Source of the DNA: an uncultured Planctomycetaceae bacterium
Lineage (GTDB): Bacteria > Planctomycetota > Planctomycetia > Planctomycetales > Planctomycetaceae
DNA: 64,000 nucleotides
NCBI GenBank assembly: GCA_963813715.1
Contig: CAWFAK010000009.1
Span: 672,001 to 736,000 of the forward strand
Reading direction: 5' to 3'
Positions 32,101-43,608 of the stretch are shown here, one piece after another. The notes below the pieces were generated by a model, which was not told the origin of the DNA, ran no database searches, and saw only the letters and a program-made list of their open reading frames with translations. The position numbers and the translations under genes were made by a program. Every line of letters begins with the position of its first letter. Position 1 is the stretch's first letter.

Positions 32101-32906
32101 CACGGCAGGTTTGCCTGCGCGAGCGGATGCAATAACAGGCGGGCGGCACCGATCGCTTGCTCTCGCCCGGGGAAGGCGTGGTTGCCGAGTGATCGCGCAA
32201 CCTCGCTGATAACGCTCATGTGAGTTGCCCGCCACCGAGTAAGCTCCGACGGCACCAAATCGATGGGGACATCAACGAATAGGTCAAGCAGTTTGTTTTG
32301 GAGCTCGACCTGCTTGAAACGAACCTCGGTGTCGCGTGCGAATTGATCTCTCACATACGCCCTAATGGCTGTAGTGCGGCGCTCGGCATGCTCGCCCAGA
32401 CCCTGTTCCACGATTAATCGGAGTATGTCGGTCCCACGGAGAATTTCGGGATAAGACCACTTGATATCCCATGCATTATCGAGACGTCGGTTGATGTCGT
32501 CGCGCCACCAGCATTGTCCTGGAATTGGAAGGTGCTCGTCGAGAATGGACTGTACGGAGTCAATCGAACCTGCATCTGGATAGGCGGTGCCAGAGATGTT
32601 GGTAAGGAGGTAATACTGCTTGGCTCCCTTGGGAATCAATGACCGTACTTTAGGAGCCTCCTCTTGAAGCAGGGTTCGCAACTTGCGATGTGGGTCTATT
32701 TCTGTTTGAGGGTTCTGGACGAATTTCATCTGGTAGACAATGAAATCCTCGGCGTCGCCGTATGGAAACAGAGTGGTGGCGTCTCGACCTCCATCACGCT
32801 GCCCAAGTGGAAAGCACTGCGTCTTTGGAAACGCCTTTGCTAAGAGTGCTTGACAGACTTGTTGAAAGCGATCCGGGCCGAGTTGCTCAAGGAGATAGTC
32901 CATCAT
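29174..32906 (-). pseudogene. Nuclease-NACHT/STAND NTPase (about 1240 aa), interrupted by an in-frame TAG and a +1 frameshift
   Basis: N-terminal DGGRD...VYQMK, Walker A GAPGQGKS, Walker B LLVCDGLDE, VTSRP, NPMQL; TAG at 31452-31454, extra base near 30897; lower GC than flanks. Confidence 0.85.
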
Positions 32907-33411
32907 GTTGCGTCTCTCCCGGCGTTGTGCCTGTTCCGTGGAGTAGCTAAAGTGCTCCCGCGGCAAATCGGTGATTCCAGGATCGTTGCAGGCACGAACA
33001 GCGTGCTAATGCGGTGGAAAAGGGGTGCTCAGTGGGCTGCAGATGGAACGTGCCGGCAACGAAGGTCAAAACGGCAGATGGTTGAGTAATGGCGGTGCGC
33101 GTTGAATATGGAAACGAGATGATTGTTACGAGAGCAGTCGGAAAGTGCAAAGAAAAAAAGGCACGGTAAGAAGACCAGCTTCCACTTGGCTAATCGATCA
33201 CCCGCAGCATAATTGGATGTAGTTCCGAGCCGCAGGGCCGGAAGGCGTGGTCCAAGGTCCATGGTCGGCCGAAGGCGGCGCTACGGAGAAGGCCGAGTCG
33301 GGAGCCGAAGGCGGGGCCGAGAAGGGCTCGGGGCGAAGTCGGGAGCGGACAGCGGGTGGCCGGTGGGGATTAAATTCCCGCCACGGACGAAAAAAACGCC
33401 CCCGCCGGGGT

Positions 33412-33597
33412 GGGGATCCTTTTTTCACACAGGGGAGAAAAAGATCCCCGCGCGCGGGACAAGTGGTCCCGCCGGGTCCGCCTAAAAGTGGTCCCGCCGG
33501 GACGGGACCGCCTAAAACTGGTCCCGCCGTGACGGTACCCTCACATTTCACATAAGGGGGGCGCCGAAAAGTGGTCCCACCGTAGAGTGTCCCACCG
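33412..33597. repeat. Iteron-like repeat block with hairpin
   Basis: TGGTCCC(G/A)CCG at 33464, 33489, 33519, 33572; GGGGATC...GATCCCC inverted repeat at 33412-33449. Confidence 0.75.
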
Positions 33598-33652
33598 GTC
33601 AGCGTCGATCCGGCTGAGCGGCGATCCGGCCCGCCGCTCCGGGCCAACGATC

Positions 33653-34507
33653 GGGACGGGACACGTTCGGTCGAGTCCAAGGTCGAAGATCCGCCGAAGG
33701 CGTGGTCCAACGTCAATGTCCAAGGTCGGAGGTCAGATGCCCGCAATCCTGACTTTGGACTTCGGACCGCGGGGACTTTGGACTAACGCCGGGACGGGAC
33801 ACGTTGTTTCACCGAGAAAACCCCGGAGAAATTGCGTCAGGCCAGACGTGAAACACCAAGAAGACGAAGACGTTGAACAGGAGGTAACAGAGTGAACAGA
33901 GACTGGAATCGATTGATTTCTCTGTTACCTCTGTTTCCTCCTGTTCAAAATCTTTTCGTGCTCAATCGTTGCGTCTTCGTGCCAAGGACACCAATCGGCC
34001 CATCGAGACTTAACTTGGTGCTCTTGGAGCCTTGGTGGTTAGAGATCCGGGTTCAGTCCAATCGGGACACGGGACGGGACAAGTTGTTTCACCGGGAAAA
34101 CCCCGGAGAAAATCTGCCCTCACCCCGGCCCTCTCCCATCCGCCGAGCGGACGGGCGAGGGAGCCGCTTGAGTCTGCCCCACCCTGCGGTGGGGACGGGA
34201 CGGGACACGTTGTTTCACCGGGAATACCCCGGCGAAATTGCGTCAGGCCAGACGTGAAACACCAAGAAGACGAAGACGTTGAACAGGAGGTAACAGAGTG
34301 AACAGAGTCAGACAGACTGGAATCGATTGATTCCTCTGTTACCTCTGTTTCCTCCTGTTCAAAATCTTTTCGTGCTCAATCGTTGCGTCTTCCTTGCCAA
34401 GGACACCAAGGCAATTTGGATCGGCCCACCGAGACTTAACTTGGTTCTTGGAGCCTTGGTGGTTAGAGATCCGGGTTCAGTCCAGTCGAGACACGGGACG
34501 GGACAAG
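33653..34507 (+). repeat. Array of ~41-bp GGGACGGGAC... repeats separating hairpin-rich spacers
   Basis: Full repeats at 33791, 34071, 34197; partial at 33653, 34495; 33791-34083 is nearly duplicated at 34197-34507. Confidence 0.9.
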
Positions 34508-34531
34508 CCGCTCGCTCGCTAGAATGACGGC

Positions 34532-34780
34532 ATGAGCGACGAACCGAAGAAACCGGACGTGAAGCGAATCGGCCGGCTCTGGGGCTTGCCATCCCCCGTC
34601 GCAATCGTTGCCGTTATTTTGGGGACCGTCGCCGGACTCGCCTGCGTCTTTTCCATCGACTTCCTCGGGATTCCGTACACTCTGGCCGTTAGTGTGATCT
34701 CGGGAGCCGTCGGCGGAATTATCCTAGGACTCTGCCTCAGACGTTGGCCCCCAAGTGGACTGAAAAGTCGGCGCGCTTGA
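34532..34780 (+). CDS. Small two-TM hypothetical protein
   Basis: 82 aa, two hydrophobic helices. Confidence 0.55.
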   Translation: MSDEPKKPDVKRIGRLWGLPSPVAIVAVILGTVAGLACVFSIDFLGIPYTLAVSVISGAVGGIILGLCLRRWPPSGLKSRRA

Positions 34781-34978
34781 CCGTCGCAAAACTCCCGCGC
34801 CGCGCACCAAGTGTCGTCCAGGACGCGGCGCTCCCCCAGACTCACGACAAACCGCCTGCCGCGTCGCGGGCATAAAAAAATGAAAAAATATTGGCATTTT
34901 AGGAGGGATCAATTTAATCTGAACAAAAGTTGGGCCTAAACGGCTGTTCCACCGGACATTCGCGGGAGTGAGGCGGTC

Positions 34979-36550
34979 ATGGCAGAAAAACGAATTGGGT
35001 TCGGTCTGGCTTTTGTGGGACGCTTCCTGGTCGTCTTCGCCGGCCTGGCCTCGGCGTCGCTGGCGTCCACCGTGGGCAACGAGGCGGAGACGATCCTCAC
35101 GAGCATGCGCAAGGCCGCGGGGAGCTCGGCGCTCAAGCAGCAAACGGGCGACGTGTTGATTCGCGGACGATCGACCGAATCCGGCTCGCCCGCCGAATTC
35201 AGCTTGCACTTCACGTCGGGCGACCGGTTCCTGGAAATGGTCGAAGGCCCGCTGGGCGAAACTCGCGGCTGCAACGATTCCGGCTGCTGGAAGTTCGACC
35301 GATCGGGTGTGTCGCGGACGCTCGAGCTTTCCGACCGGGACGGTTGCGAGCTGCTCACGCGAATTCAAACCGGGCAATGGCTCGCCAACGTTGATATCAA
35401 GAATGTTCTTGTGGCCGCGAACGAAGGCGATCCGCGGACCGCGATCCTCCACGTGCGCCAGGGACGCCTGAAGGCCCGGCTTTCCGTCAATCGCTCGACC
35501 TGGCTGCCCGAGAGCCTGGTCTGGAGCGATATCGCCGGCGAGCATGTCTGGACTTTTCGCAGCTTCCGCGACGACCTGGGCTGGAAGGTGCCGGCGACGA
35601 TCGCCGTGACGACGGCGGGGAAACCGGACGGGACTTATGAAGTGAGCTCGGTCTCCCGCGAGTCCGCCAATGCGACGAATTATGACCGCATCGAGAGCAA
35701 GTGGGACGGCGTCCATTTCAATTCAAAGTTGTCGTCGCGGCTGGATATCAAACGGGACAAGATGGGGCAGCTCCTTGTCCACCCGAAAATCGACGGGCAG
35801 AGTTTGGGATGGTTCGTGTTCAACACCGGGTCTACTGTCACGATGTTGGACGCGGCTACGGCCGCCCGGCTGAAATTGACGCCAGTGACGTCGGTTTCCA
35901 CGATCTCCCCCTTCGGCACTCGCCAGGCGTCGCTTGTTCGAGGGACCTCGCTTGAACTCGGTCCGGTGAAGATCGATAAGCCGTTTCTCGTGACGTCGGA
36001 CCTGGCGATGGTCCAGGCCGCGCTCGGCAAAGATGTGGTCGGCTTCATCGGATACGACCTGCTGAGCCGCTGCGTTGCCCAGATCAATCTCGGGGAGAAT
36101 TCCATTCAGCTTTATGACCCGCAGACGTATCGGCTCGCGGCGGGACACTGGCAGAAGCTGGTCTTTGACTCGGACATTCCCGTGGTGCAGGCGAAGTTCG
36201 ACGGCGGCGAGGGGTTCTTTCGGCTCGACATCGGTGCCACCGGGGCCGCGAGCAACGTGGTCTTTAACACACCGATCGTGGCGGATCTCAAGCTCCTGCA
36301 GGGCCGGAAAGTGAAGGACGTCCAGCTGGCCATGAAGCGTGCCTTGCAGGGCAGGATTGGTTGGTTCGAGCTGGGCGAGCACCGGTTCGGGAACCCGAAC
36401 GTCGTCTTCGCACTCGATACCCAGGGGCCGTTCGGAGACGAATTCACGGCAGGCAACCTGGGTGTCAACTTCCTGCGAGTGTACCGCATCGTGCTGGATT
36501 ACCCGCACGAACGCGTGGCGCTCGTGGCACCTCGCAAAGCCAAGAAATGA
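34979..36550 (+). CDS. Exported protein with two retropepsin-like (aspartyl protease) domains
   Basis: WFVFNTGS...GFIGYDLL and FRLDIGA...GNLGVNFL; signal peptide. Confidence 0.75.
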   Translation: MAEKRIGFGLAFVGRFLVVFAGLASASLASTVGNEAETILTSMRKAAGSSALKQQTGDVLIRGRSTESGSPAEFSLHFTSGDRFLEMVEGPLGETRGCNDSGCWKFDRSGVSRTLELSDRDGCELLTRIQTGQWLANVDIKNVLVAANEGDPRTAILHVRQGRLKARLSVNRSTWLPESLVWSDIAGEHVWTFRSFRDDLGWKVPATIAVTTAGKPDGTYEVSSVSRESANATNYDRIESKWDGVHFNSKLSSRLDIKRDKMGQLLVHPKIDGQSLGWFVFNTGSTVTMLDAATAARLKLTPVTSVSTISPFGTRQASLVRGTSLELGPVKIDKPFLVTSDLAMVQAALGKDVVGFIGYDLLSRCVAQINLGENSIQLYDPQTYRLAAGHWQKLVFDSDIPVVQAKFDGGEGFFRLDIGATGAASNVVFNTPIVADLKLLQGRKVKDVQLAMKRALQGRIGWFELGEHRFGNPNVVFALDTQGPFGDEFTAGNLGVNFLRVYRIVLDYPHERVALVAPRKAKK

Positions 36551-36568
36551 CCGACGAGCCCGCAGCAC

Positions 36569-38361
36569 TCACAGCCGGGGTGGGGCGGGTTTGATCGGGG
36601 CCGCGAAGGCGTTGGCGCCGTGGGTTTTGACCCGGCGTTTGTAGACGCGGTCCTTGCAGCAGGCGTAGATCGTGTCGAACTGCGGGCCGCCGAAGCAGAG
36701 GTTGGCGATCTCGCCGTTGGGCGTGGGGATGATCGCGAGGACGCGGCCGGCTGGGTCGGAGACTTGGATGCCCATGTCGGTGGCCGAGTAGAGGCGGCCG
36801 TCGCGGTCGACGCGGATGCCGTCGACGCCGCTGTTGTCGGCCCGGTCGGGCATGTGCAGGTAGAAGTAGCGCTGCTTGGCGGCAAGCGATCCGTCGGGCT
36901 GGATTTGGTAGCTCCAGACCCAGTGCGAGCGGCTCTCGGCGACGTAGAGCAGCGACTGATCGGGCGAGACGGCGATGCCGTTGGGCAGCTTGAGGCCCGT
37001 GTCGACGATTTTCTTTTCGCCCTTGGGGCTGATGTGCCAGACTTTGCCGGGCTCGGCCGGGTTGGGCAGCGTCGGGTTGGTGACGAACATGCTGCCGTCG
37101 TGTAGGACGACGATGTCGTTGCCGTAGAAGCCGTCGGCGGCAATTTGCGGCGTGGTGACTGCGCCGGCTGGTTCAGGACCAGGTCGAGGCGTACTCTCCG
37201 ATTGGTGTCGTAGGCGAGGATTTGGTTGGTGCCGCTGGCGACGGCGTAGAGCCGGCCGTCGGGGCCGAAGGCCTGGCCGTTGCCTTGCTTGGAATCGGCG
37301 ACGAAGAGGGTGACCGCGCCGTTGAGGCCGATCTTGTACGTCTTGCTGTTGGGGATGTCGTTGAAGAAGACTTCGCCTCGGGCGTTGGCGGCCGGACCTT
37401 CGGTGAATTTGTAGCCTTGGGCGACGAGCTGCCAGGGCTCGTCGGGGATGAGGATTTCCTGCAGTTGCGGCGACCCGGCGCCGGCCTTCACCGGTTTGGG
37501 CCAGTCTTTCCAGAGCCAGCGCATGGCTTCGGGAAAGACTTCGGTGGCGTGGCGGGCGTTGTGGGCGCCTTCACCCCAGGAGTGATTGACTTCGTAGCCG
37601 GCAAAGCGGAAGGCGCGTTCCATTTCCTGATTGGCCATCCACCAGTCGCCGCCGGCGATGTTCTGATCGTTGGAGCCGTCCTCGAGGAAGATGCGGATCG
37701 GCTTGGGCTCGTACTTGCGGATCCAGGTTGGGTAGTTGTTGCCGCCGCGGAGGCCGACGTAGGTGCCGACGGCGCTGAAGACGCGGGTGAAGGCGTCGGG
37801 GCGTTCCCAGGCGGCGGTGAAGGCGCAGATGGCACCGCTGGAGGCGCCGCCGATGCAGCGGTCGTTGCCGTTGTGCGAGAGGTGGATGGGCCGGCCGTCG
37901 GCGGTGGTTTTCTGTTCGACCTCGGGGAGGATTTCGTCGAGCACGAAGCGGACGTAGTGATCGCCCAGGCCGTCGTACTCGAAGCTGCGATTGAAGCGAT
38001 CGATGGCGTTCTTGGAGAGGGCCTTCACCCGGCCGTGCATGATGAAGACGCCGATGGTCACCGGCATCTGCTTCCATTCGATCAGCTCGTCGAAGACGGC
38101 CGGCGCTCCAAAGCCGATGCCATCCTGCCCGACATAGATGCACGCGGGTTTGGACGGGTCGTACTGTTTTGGCACGTAGACCCAGTAGTCGCGGACGGTG
38201 CCGGGGAAGATGCGGCTGCGATCGAACGAGTATTTTTGAACTTCCCCCCGGGGCGGCCCATCGCTTTGCGGCCCAGCGTTTTTGGCTTCCCCGGCGGTTA
38301 CGACCGGCGTAAACGCGAAGAGCGAAACGACCAAAGCCGCCAAGGCGCAAGCTCGCAACAT
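36569..38361 (-). CDS. Esterase fused to SMP-30/gluconolactonase; frameshift near 37140
   Basis: RDYWVYVP, GASSG nucleophile motif, FTEGPA, PNGIAVSPD, DGIRVD. Confidence 0.88.
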
Positions 38362-38523
38362 CGATGCAGTCTCCGGGTTGGATCAGACTCGGGTCGCTGG
38401 AGCTGGAGGTCGCGGCGAGAGGAAGTTTGGAATGCTCGAGTCGGCAGGAAGCGGCCCGCATTGGGCAATTAATCACAGGCGCCGCGTGGGCAATGACGGA
38501 CGGGCCGCGGTGCGGCGATGGAA

Positions 38524-40423
38524 TTACGGGGAGTTCGTTCCCGGCAGGTCGAGCGGCAGTTCGCGTTCGGCGTAGGGAGCCACTTGATTGAACCATTCGC
38601 GCCAATCTTTGCGGACCTGGGCGCGCCACATTTGCATGGCTTGGTGGCGCTGCTCTTCGTTGGCGTTTTCCGGCAGGTTGGTCAACGGGTCGGCGGGGCG
38701 GCCGAAGCCGTTGGGACGGCGGCTCAGCCAGCAGAGCGCATTGTTCGCTTCAATGACGACGTTGATATCGGAATCGTCCAGCGATTTGACGATGAGCAGT
38801 GCGTCGTGCACGGTGCCGCAACGGCCGAGCGCCCAGAGCACGGTGCGCCGCACCTCAGCACGGGGATCGTGGATAAGCCGCTTGAGTCGATCTTTCTGCC
38901 CGACAAGCTTTTCGCGATCGCCGACCTCCACGGTCTCGATAATCGCCTGTTGGACGACCTCGACCTGGTTGCTCTTGGGGTTCTCGAGCTCGGAAAGCAG
39001 CTTGTCGACCGGCGCGTCGAGTTTGCGGACCTTGATGCCGTCGCCTGTGGTCTGGACGGCGGCCAGGTTCTTCGGAAGCCCGCGGCCCCCGATCATCAGT
39101 CCGCCACCCACCCGCGGATCTTCGACTCGCGGGCCCATCAGCTTCCTCGTGGCGCGGGAAAGAAACAAGGATGGCGAAGGCCGTATCCGCGTTGGGTCCG
39201 ATCTCGAAGGCATCCTCGAAGTGTCCGTCGTTAAACTGCTTTCGCAACAGGACAGCCGCGTGGGACGAGTACCAGTCATGGCCGTCGAAGTCGTCGATGC
39301 CGGCGAGCGCGCACATCCGCTCAAGACCATAGAGGTAATACAACTGGTAGTGAGAGACTCGCTTCGTGAAGTTGTTCCGCACCCAGTTCGCTCCGCGCGA
39401 GATGCCGCGATTGATGCGGGAGAGCGACACAATCTTTGCGGGTACGACAGTGCTGATTTTGCGTGCCCGTCCGGGCCGGCCCGCACTGCGCTCGCCGCCC
39501 AAGTCGATCGGTGTCAACACGGGGGCCGAATCCTCTTCGTTGTCCTTGGCGGCGGGATCTTTTTTGGGCGGAGCCTTCGGCTTGGTGCTGCGGGCGACGC
39601 CGGGAGCATCTTGCTGCTGGGCCGGTTCATCTTTTGCTTCGTCCGGCACGTCCGCGAAGGGGGAGGGATACTCCCGATCGGGATAGAGCATCATGCGGGC
39701 AACGCAGAGACTGGCGACGCCGTTGACGGTCATCGTGTGCGTGGAGAGCTTGCCGTCGGCGGGATGGTAAGCGAATCCACCGTCTTCGTCTTGGTTCTTC
39801 AAGTGCCAGTCGGCGACGCGGCTCCAGACGCTCATCGGAATTCGCACGCCGGCTCGGGACGCAGCCCACAATCCCAGCACGGCATACTGCGTGTGGCTCG
39901 TGTCTCCGCCGTGCTCCGACGTGCCGAAGTAGTACCAGCTTCCGCTGGGCCACTGATGGTCGACCGTAAACGAGGCCGCCAGGCTGATCTCGCGGACGTA
40001 TCGGCTGGGGCTGATGGCCTCCAAGAACATCATGTCGCAGCCGGCCTCGTAGAACTGATGCTTGGTCCCTTTGCCGTACGAGACTTTATCGAACTTCTCG
40101 ACGAGCAGACGGTGCTGCAGGGTTTTGATCGCCGGGCTGTCGAAAGGCTCTCCGCCGCGGATCATCGCGTAGCCGACGATGCCGCACTCTTGAATCTTGA
40201 CGTCGTCGAGATGGGTCCGCAGATAGCTGACGCCGCGTTCAATGGCCATCCGCACTTCGGGACTGGTCGGGTCCAGCGCAGGCGCGGGAGTTCCCAAACA
40301 GGACACCAGCGCACCGGCCACCAGCAGCCGAGCTGCGAAAATCAGCGAACGAGGGCTGGCCAGGAGGCGCGACCCGTCTGCGGCCGATTTCGAAAGTGCT
40401 CGAGAACAATGACGTGCGGACAC
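38524..40423 (-). CDS. Prenyltransferase/squalene-oxidase repeat plus HEAT-repeat protein; frameshift near 39165
   Basis: DTSHTQYAVLGLWAA, QDEDGGFAY, YYLYGLER; HEAT repeat VRRTVLWALG. Confidence 0.75.
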
Positions 40424-40426
40424 AGC

Positions 40427-40462
40427 TTGATCCGACGGTTGATCCGCCGGTCGATCCGACGG
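40427..40462. repeat. 12-bp tandem repeat x3
   Basis: TTGATCCGACGG / TTGATCCGCCGG / TCGATCCGACGG. Confidence 0.75.
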
Positions 40463-40605
40463 AGGGGCGACGCGTACGACGGGAGGAAAGTTCGCCGCTA
40501 AACCGATCGTACGCCCGGCAATTCGCGGGAGTCAAGCGGCACCACGCCGACGGGCAGTTGGCTCCCGATGGAGAGTCCTCGACGGGCCACGGGCCGGACG
40601 ACCAT

Positions 40606-42430
40606 TTAATGCAAGTGCCGTCTCTTCTCGCGCGAAACGGCTTTTTCACCGCCTGGAGCGGCCTCAGGCACGGTGCTCGCCGAGTCGGTCTGCGGGGCCA
40701 TCTGGTAAACGCTGAAGTCGGTCGCGAAGTAATCGGGCGGGCGATCGGAGTCGGCCAGCAGGTGGTCGGCCCGCTTCACCACAATTGCCTGGTGATCGTG
40801 CTCCTGCACGAAGCGTTGCAACTGCTGCAGCGAGTAGGGGACGGCAAACAAATAGACGTTCGGCAGGGTATAAGTCGCCTGGTAGAGATCGGAGAGTCCC
40901 AGTCGGGCGACCGCCGCGTCGAACGGCGGGCTGTGGATATTCCACCCCAGTCCCAGCATCCGCAGGTCGCGAATCTCGGCATAGTTGTCCAGCGGTGCCG
41001 TGAAGAACATCGGAAAGCGGCCTCCCCAATTCAGGAAGACCGCATGCGGATCGTTCGCCACATAACGCTCGCGCAGCGTATGAACGAAGAGGGCCAGCAC
41101 CTGCTGATCGCGACGATTAAAGTCGCTGCGACTGGCATCAATGAGGGTGACGTCGAAGAACGCCATCGCGTAATAAGCGGCAAACGCGGTCGCCGCCACC
41201 GCCTTCAGCGGACGCAGCCGATCCCAAGTGAACGGCAGCGGCAGCAGGTGCCGGCGGAGCGATGCTTCCCGTAAGACGATATAAAACACGGCGGCCGCGG
41301 CGGAGTAATAGGCGGGCAGCACGACGCGCGTGGGCAGCTTGGCGTAAAGCGCAAACGTCATCAACAGCCCGTCGAGCAACAGATACTCGGCCACGACCAC
41401 CAACAGCACGCGCAGCCGGCTCCCGGCCGCCAGCACGAGGGCGAGCACCAGGTTGGCGTAGAGCATCGGCGGGAACACGCTCAGCGGACGCAGGCTCTCG
41501 GCCAGGTACGTGTCGGGCTTGCTGCGTCTCCACGTGCTCCCCTCGAAGCGGTCGAGAACGGCCTCCAGCTTAGGGCGGGAGTAGGTCTCGCGATCGGTGA
41601 AGAACCAGTTGGTGAACATGCCCCAGTCGGTGTAGCTCCAACCGATGCGATCGAAGAAGAACCGCGAGTTGTGCTCGTAGGCGACGATCGGCAAGTCGTG
41701 AATGAAGGCGCGGGCCCGGTTGTAGGCCATAAACTCCCGCCACGCGGGATCGCTGCGATAGTGCCATTCGTCGGCCGCGGACGCCGCCGCCACCGCCACC
41801 ACGCACAGACCAATTGCCGCGAACGGCCGCCAGCGGCGAAAGAAGACGGCTTCATAGACCAACAGCGGCAACAGCAGAACGAGCGAGTAGTACATCGCGT
41901 CAGGCCGAATGAGTCCGGCCAGCACGACAAGCGCCGCGCCGTAACCGAGAGACGTCGCCGTGTGGCGGCCGCCGGCTTCGTCGCGCGACAGGAGCAACAG
42001 CACGCCGCTCACCGCCGCCAGAATGGCCGTCGAGGTGAATTGCAGCCGCAGCAACAAGCGCGACCTCGAACTCGCAGAACAGGAGCGCGAAGAGAATCAC
42101 CGTCGTCCGCGCCGGCCGCAGCCGCAGGAAGGCCCACAACAGGCCGGTCAGCGCGGCCCAGTGGGTGGCGAGCAGATACAGCGTGTACCAATTGACGCGA
42201 TCGGTAAGCCGATACAGAAACGTGAGTACCGAACCGATCAGAATGTTCGAGAAGATGAGCTCGGGCGACGGCGTGCCGGTCGTCACGCCCGACACGATCT
42301 GCGCCATGCCGACGTCGTCGTTCGACTCGAAGCCCAGCGTCACGATCGACAGGGCCACTGCCAGGCACGCCGCGCTCGCAGCCGCGGAGAGGCAAAGCAG
42401 TCGCAGATCGTGTCGCCGTTGATCGCTCAT
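40606..42430 (-). CDS. Polytopic membrane protein (possible GT-C-like); frameshift near 42060
   Basis: FESNDD after TM1, many TM helices, LIRPD. Confidence 0.65.
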
Positions 42431-42584
42431 GCTGCGGGTCGCAGGAAGTGGAACGTTGGCCGCACGTGTGCGGGCACCATCGTCCACTCTAACTGCTGGA
42501 CACGCCGGCTCAAGCGGCAGGCAACACGGCGTTGCTGAATTCGCGGGCGAGGCGGCGCTACGAACGGCCGTCGGAGCCAGCGCT

Positions 42585-43608
42585 TCAAGACGTGACGGGC
42601 AGCAAATCGGGTTCGGGCGCCGGTCGGGGATTCATTTTCAGCGCCGCGACGTCCGGAAACCTCGCGCCCCGCATCCCGAAGCCCACGCCGATCGTGAGCA
42701 GCAGCACGATCGCCACGCAGAGCACACTTCCTTCCGGGCCGGCCGAGCCGCCGGTGAGCCAACGCGACCCGGAGACCTCGACCGTGAGAAATCGATCGTG
42801 GGCCAGAAATCCGCTGTCCGTCGTCCCGTAGAAGAACGACTCGGCCCAGTTGTAGGCGGCATGAAAGCCGATCGGCATCCACAGGTTGCCGGTGCGACGC
42901 AACAGCACGCAAAACAGAAAGCCGAAGACGCCGGTCGAAAAGCAGCCGAACGCCGTCTCGCCGTGGTTGCCCGCGTGCAAGAGGCCGAAGATCGCGGACG
43001 AAACCAGAGCCGCCGGCCAGAACCCCATGCCCGTGGTCAGCGTGAACAACAGATAGCCGCGGCACGTCAACTCCTCGAACATCGCACCGAACACGAAGGT
43101 GATCGCGGCAAACGTCGCATAAGTCGCCAGGGCCTGTCCTTGCACCGTCCCTTTCGAGAACGCGATCACGCCCGCCACGTGCATGGCGGCAACCACCATC
43201 GTCATCGTCACGAGGCCAAAGACAGCTCCAAGCCAGAATCGTCGGCCCAGGCATTGGCGCAACGGCAAGCCATAGTCGGCCAGATCTCGCTTCTCAATGA
43301 TTGCCATCACCGCCGTCGTGATAAAAATAATGCTGGCCGTGATCAGGTCGTTGAGAATCGGGACCGAGTCGGGAATGCTCCCCCGTCGGCGAAGGACGAA
43401 GACAAACACTTCGACGGCCACAAAGAGAGGAATCAGGACCAGCAGGAAAATCACCAACCGCCAACCGGTGGCGCAGCTCGGCGGAGTTGAAGAAGAAGCT
43501 ATGCACGGGGCCGGGAGGCGGCTTCTCGATGGCACTGATCGAAGCGCCCGTAGACAAAGCGACCTCGCGAACTGCGGCCCTGACTAGGCCAATCAGTGAA
43601 TCGTGCAC
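42585..43608 (-). CDS. CPBP/CAAX (Abi) intramembrane metalloprotease; frameshift near 43520, start uncertain
   Basis: FEELTCRGY, FGLLH, GFHAAYNW. Confidence 0.85.

Noticed and set aside
33653..34507. Canonical CRISPR array
   Set aside because: Spacers are 85-257 bp, self-complementary and one is duplicated; no cas genes in the window.
33198..34604. Short ORFs across the repeat region
   Set aside because: Translations of repeats, interrupted by stops and lacking recognisable domains.
38588..40501. 637-aa + strand ORF and similar long overlapping ORFs
   Set aside because: Antisense to motif-supported genes; composition typical of shadow frames.
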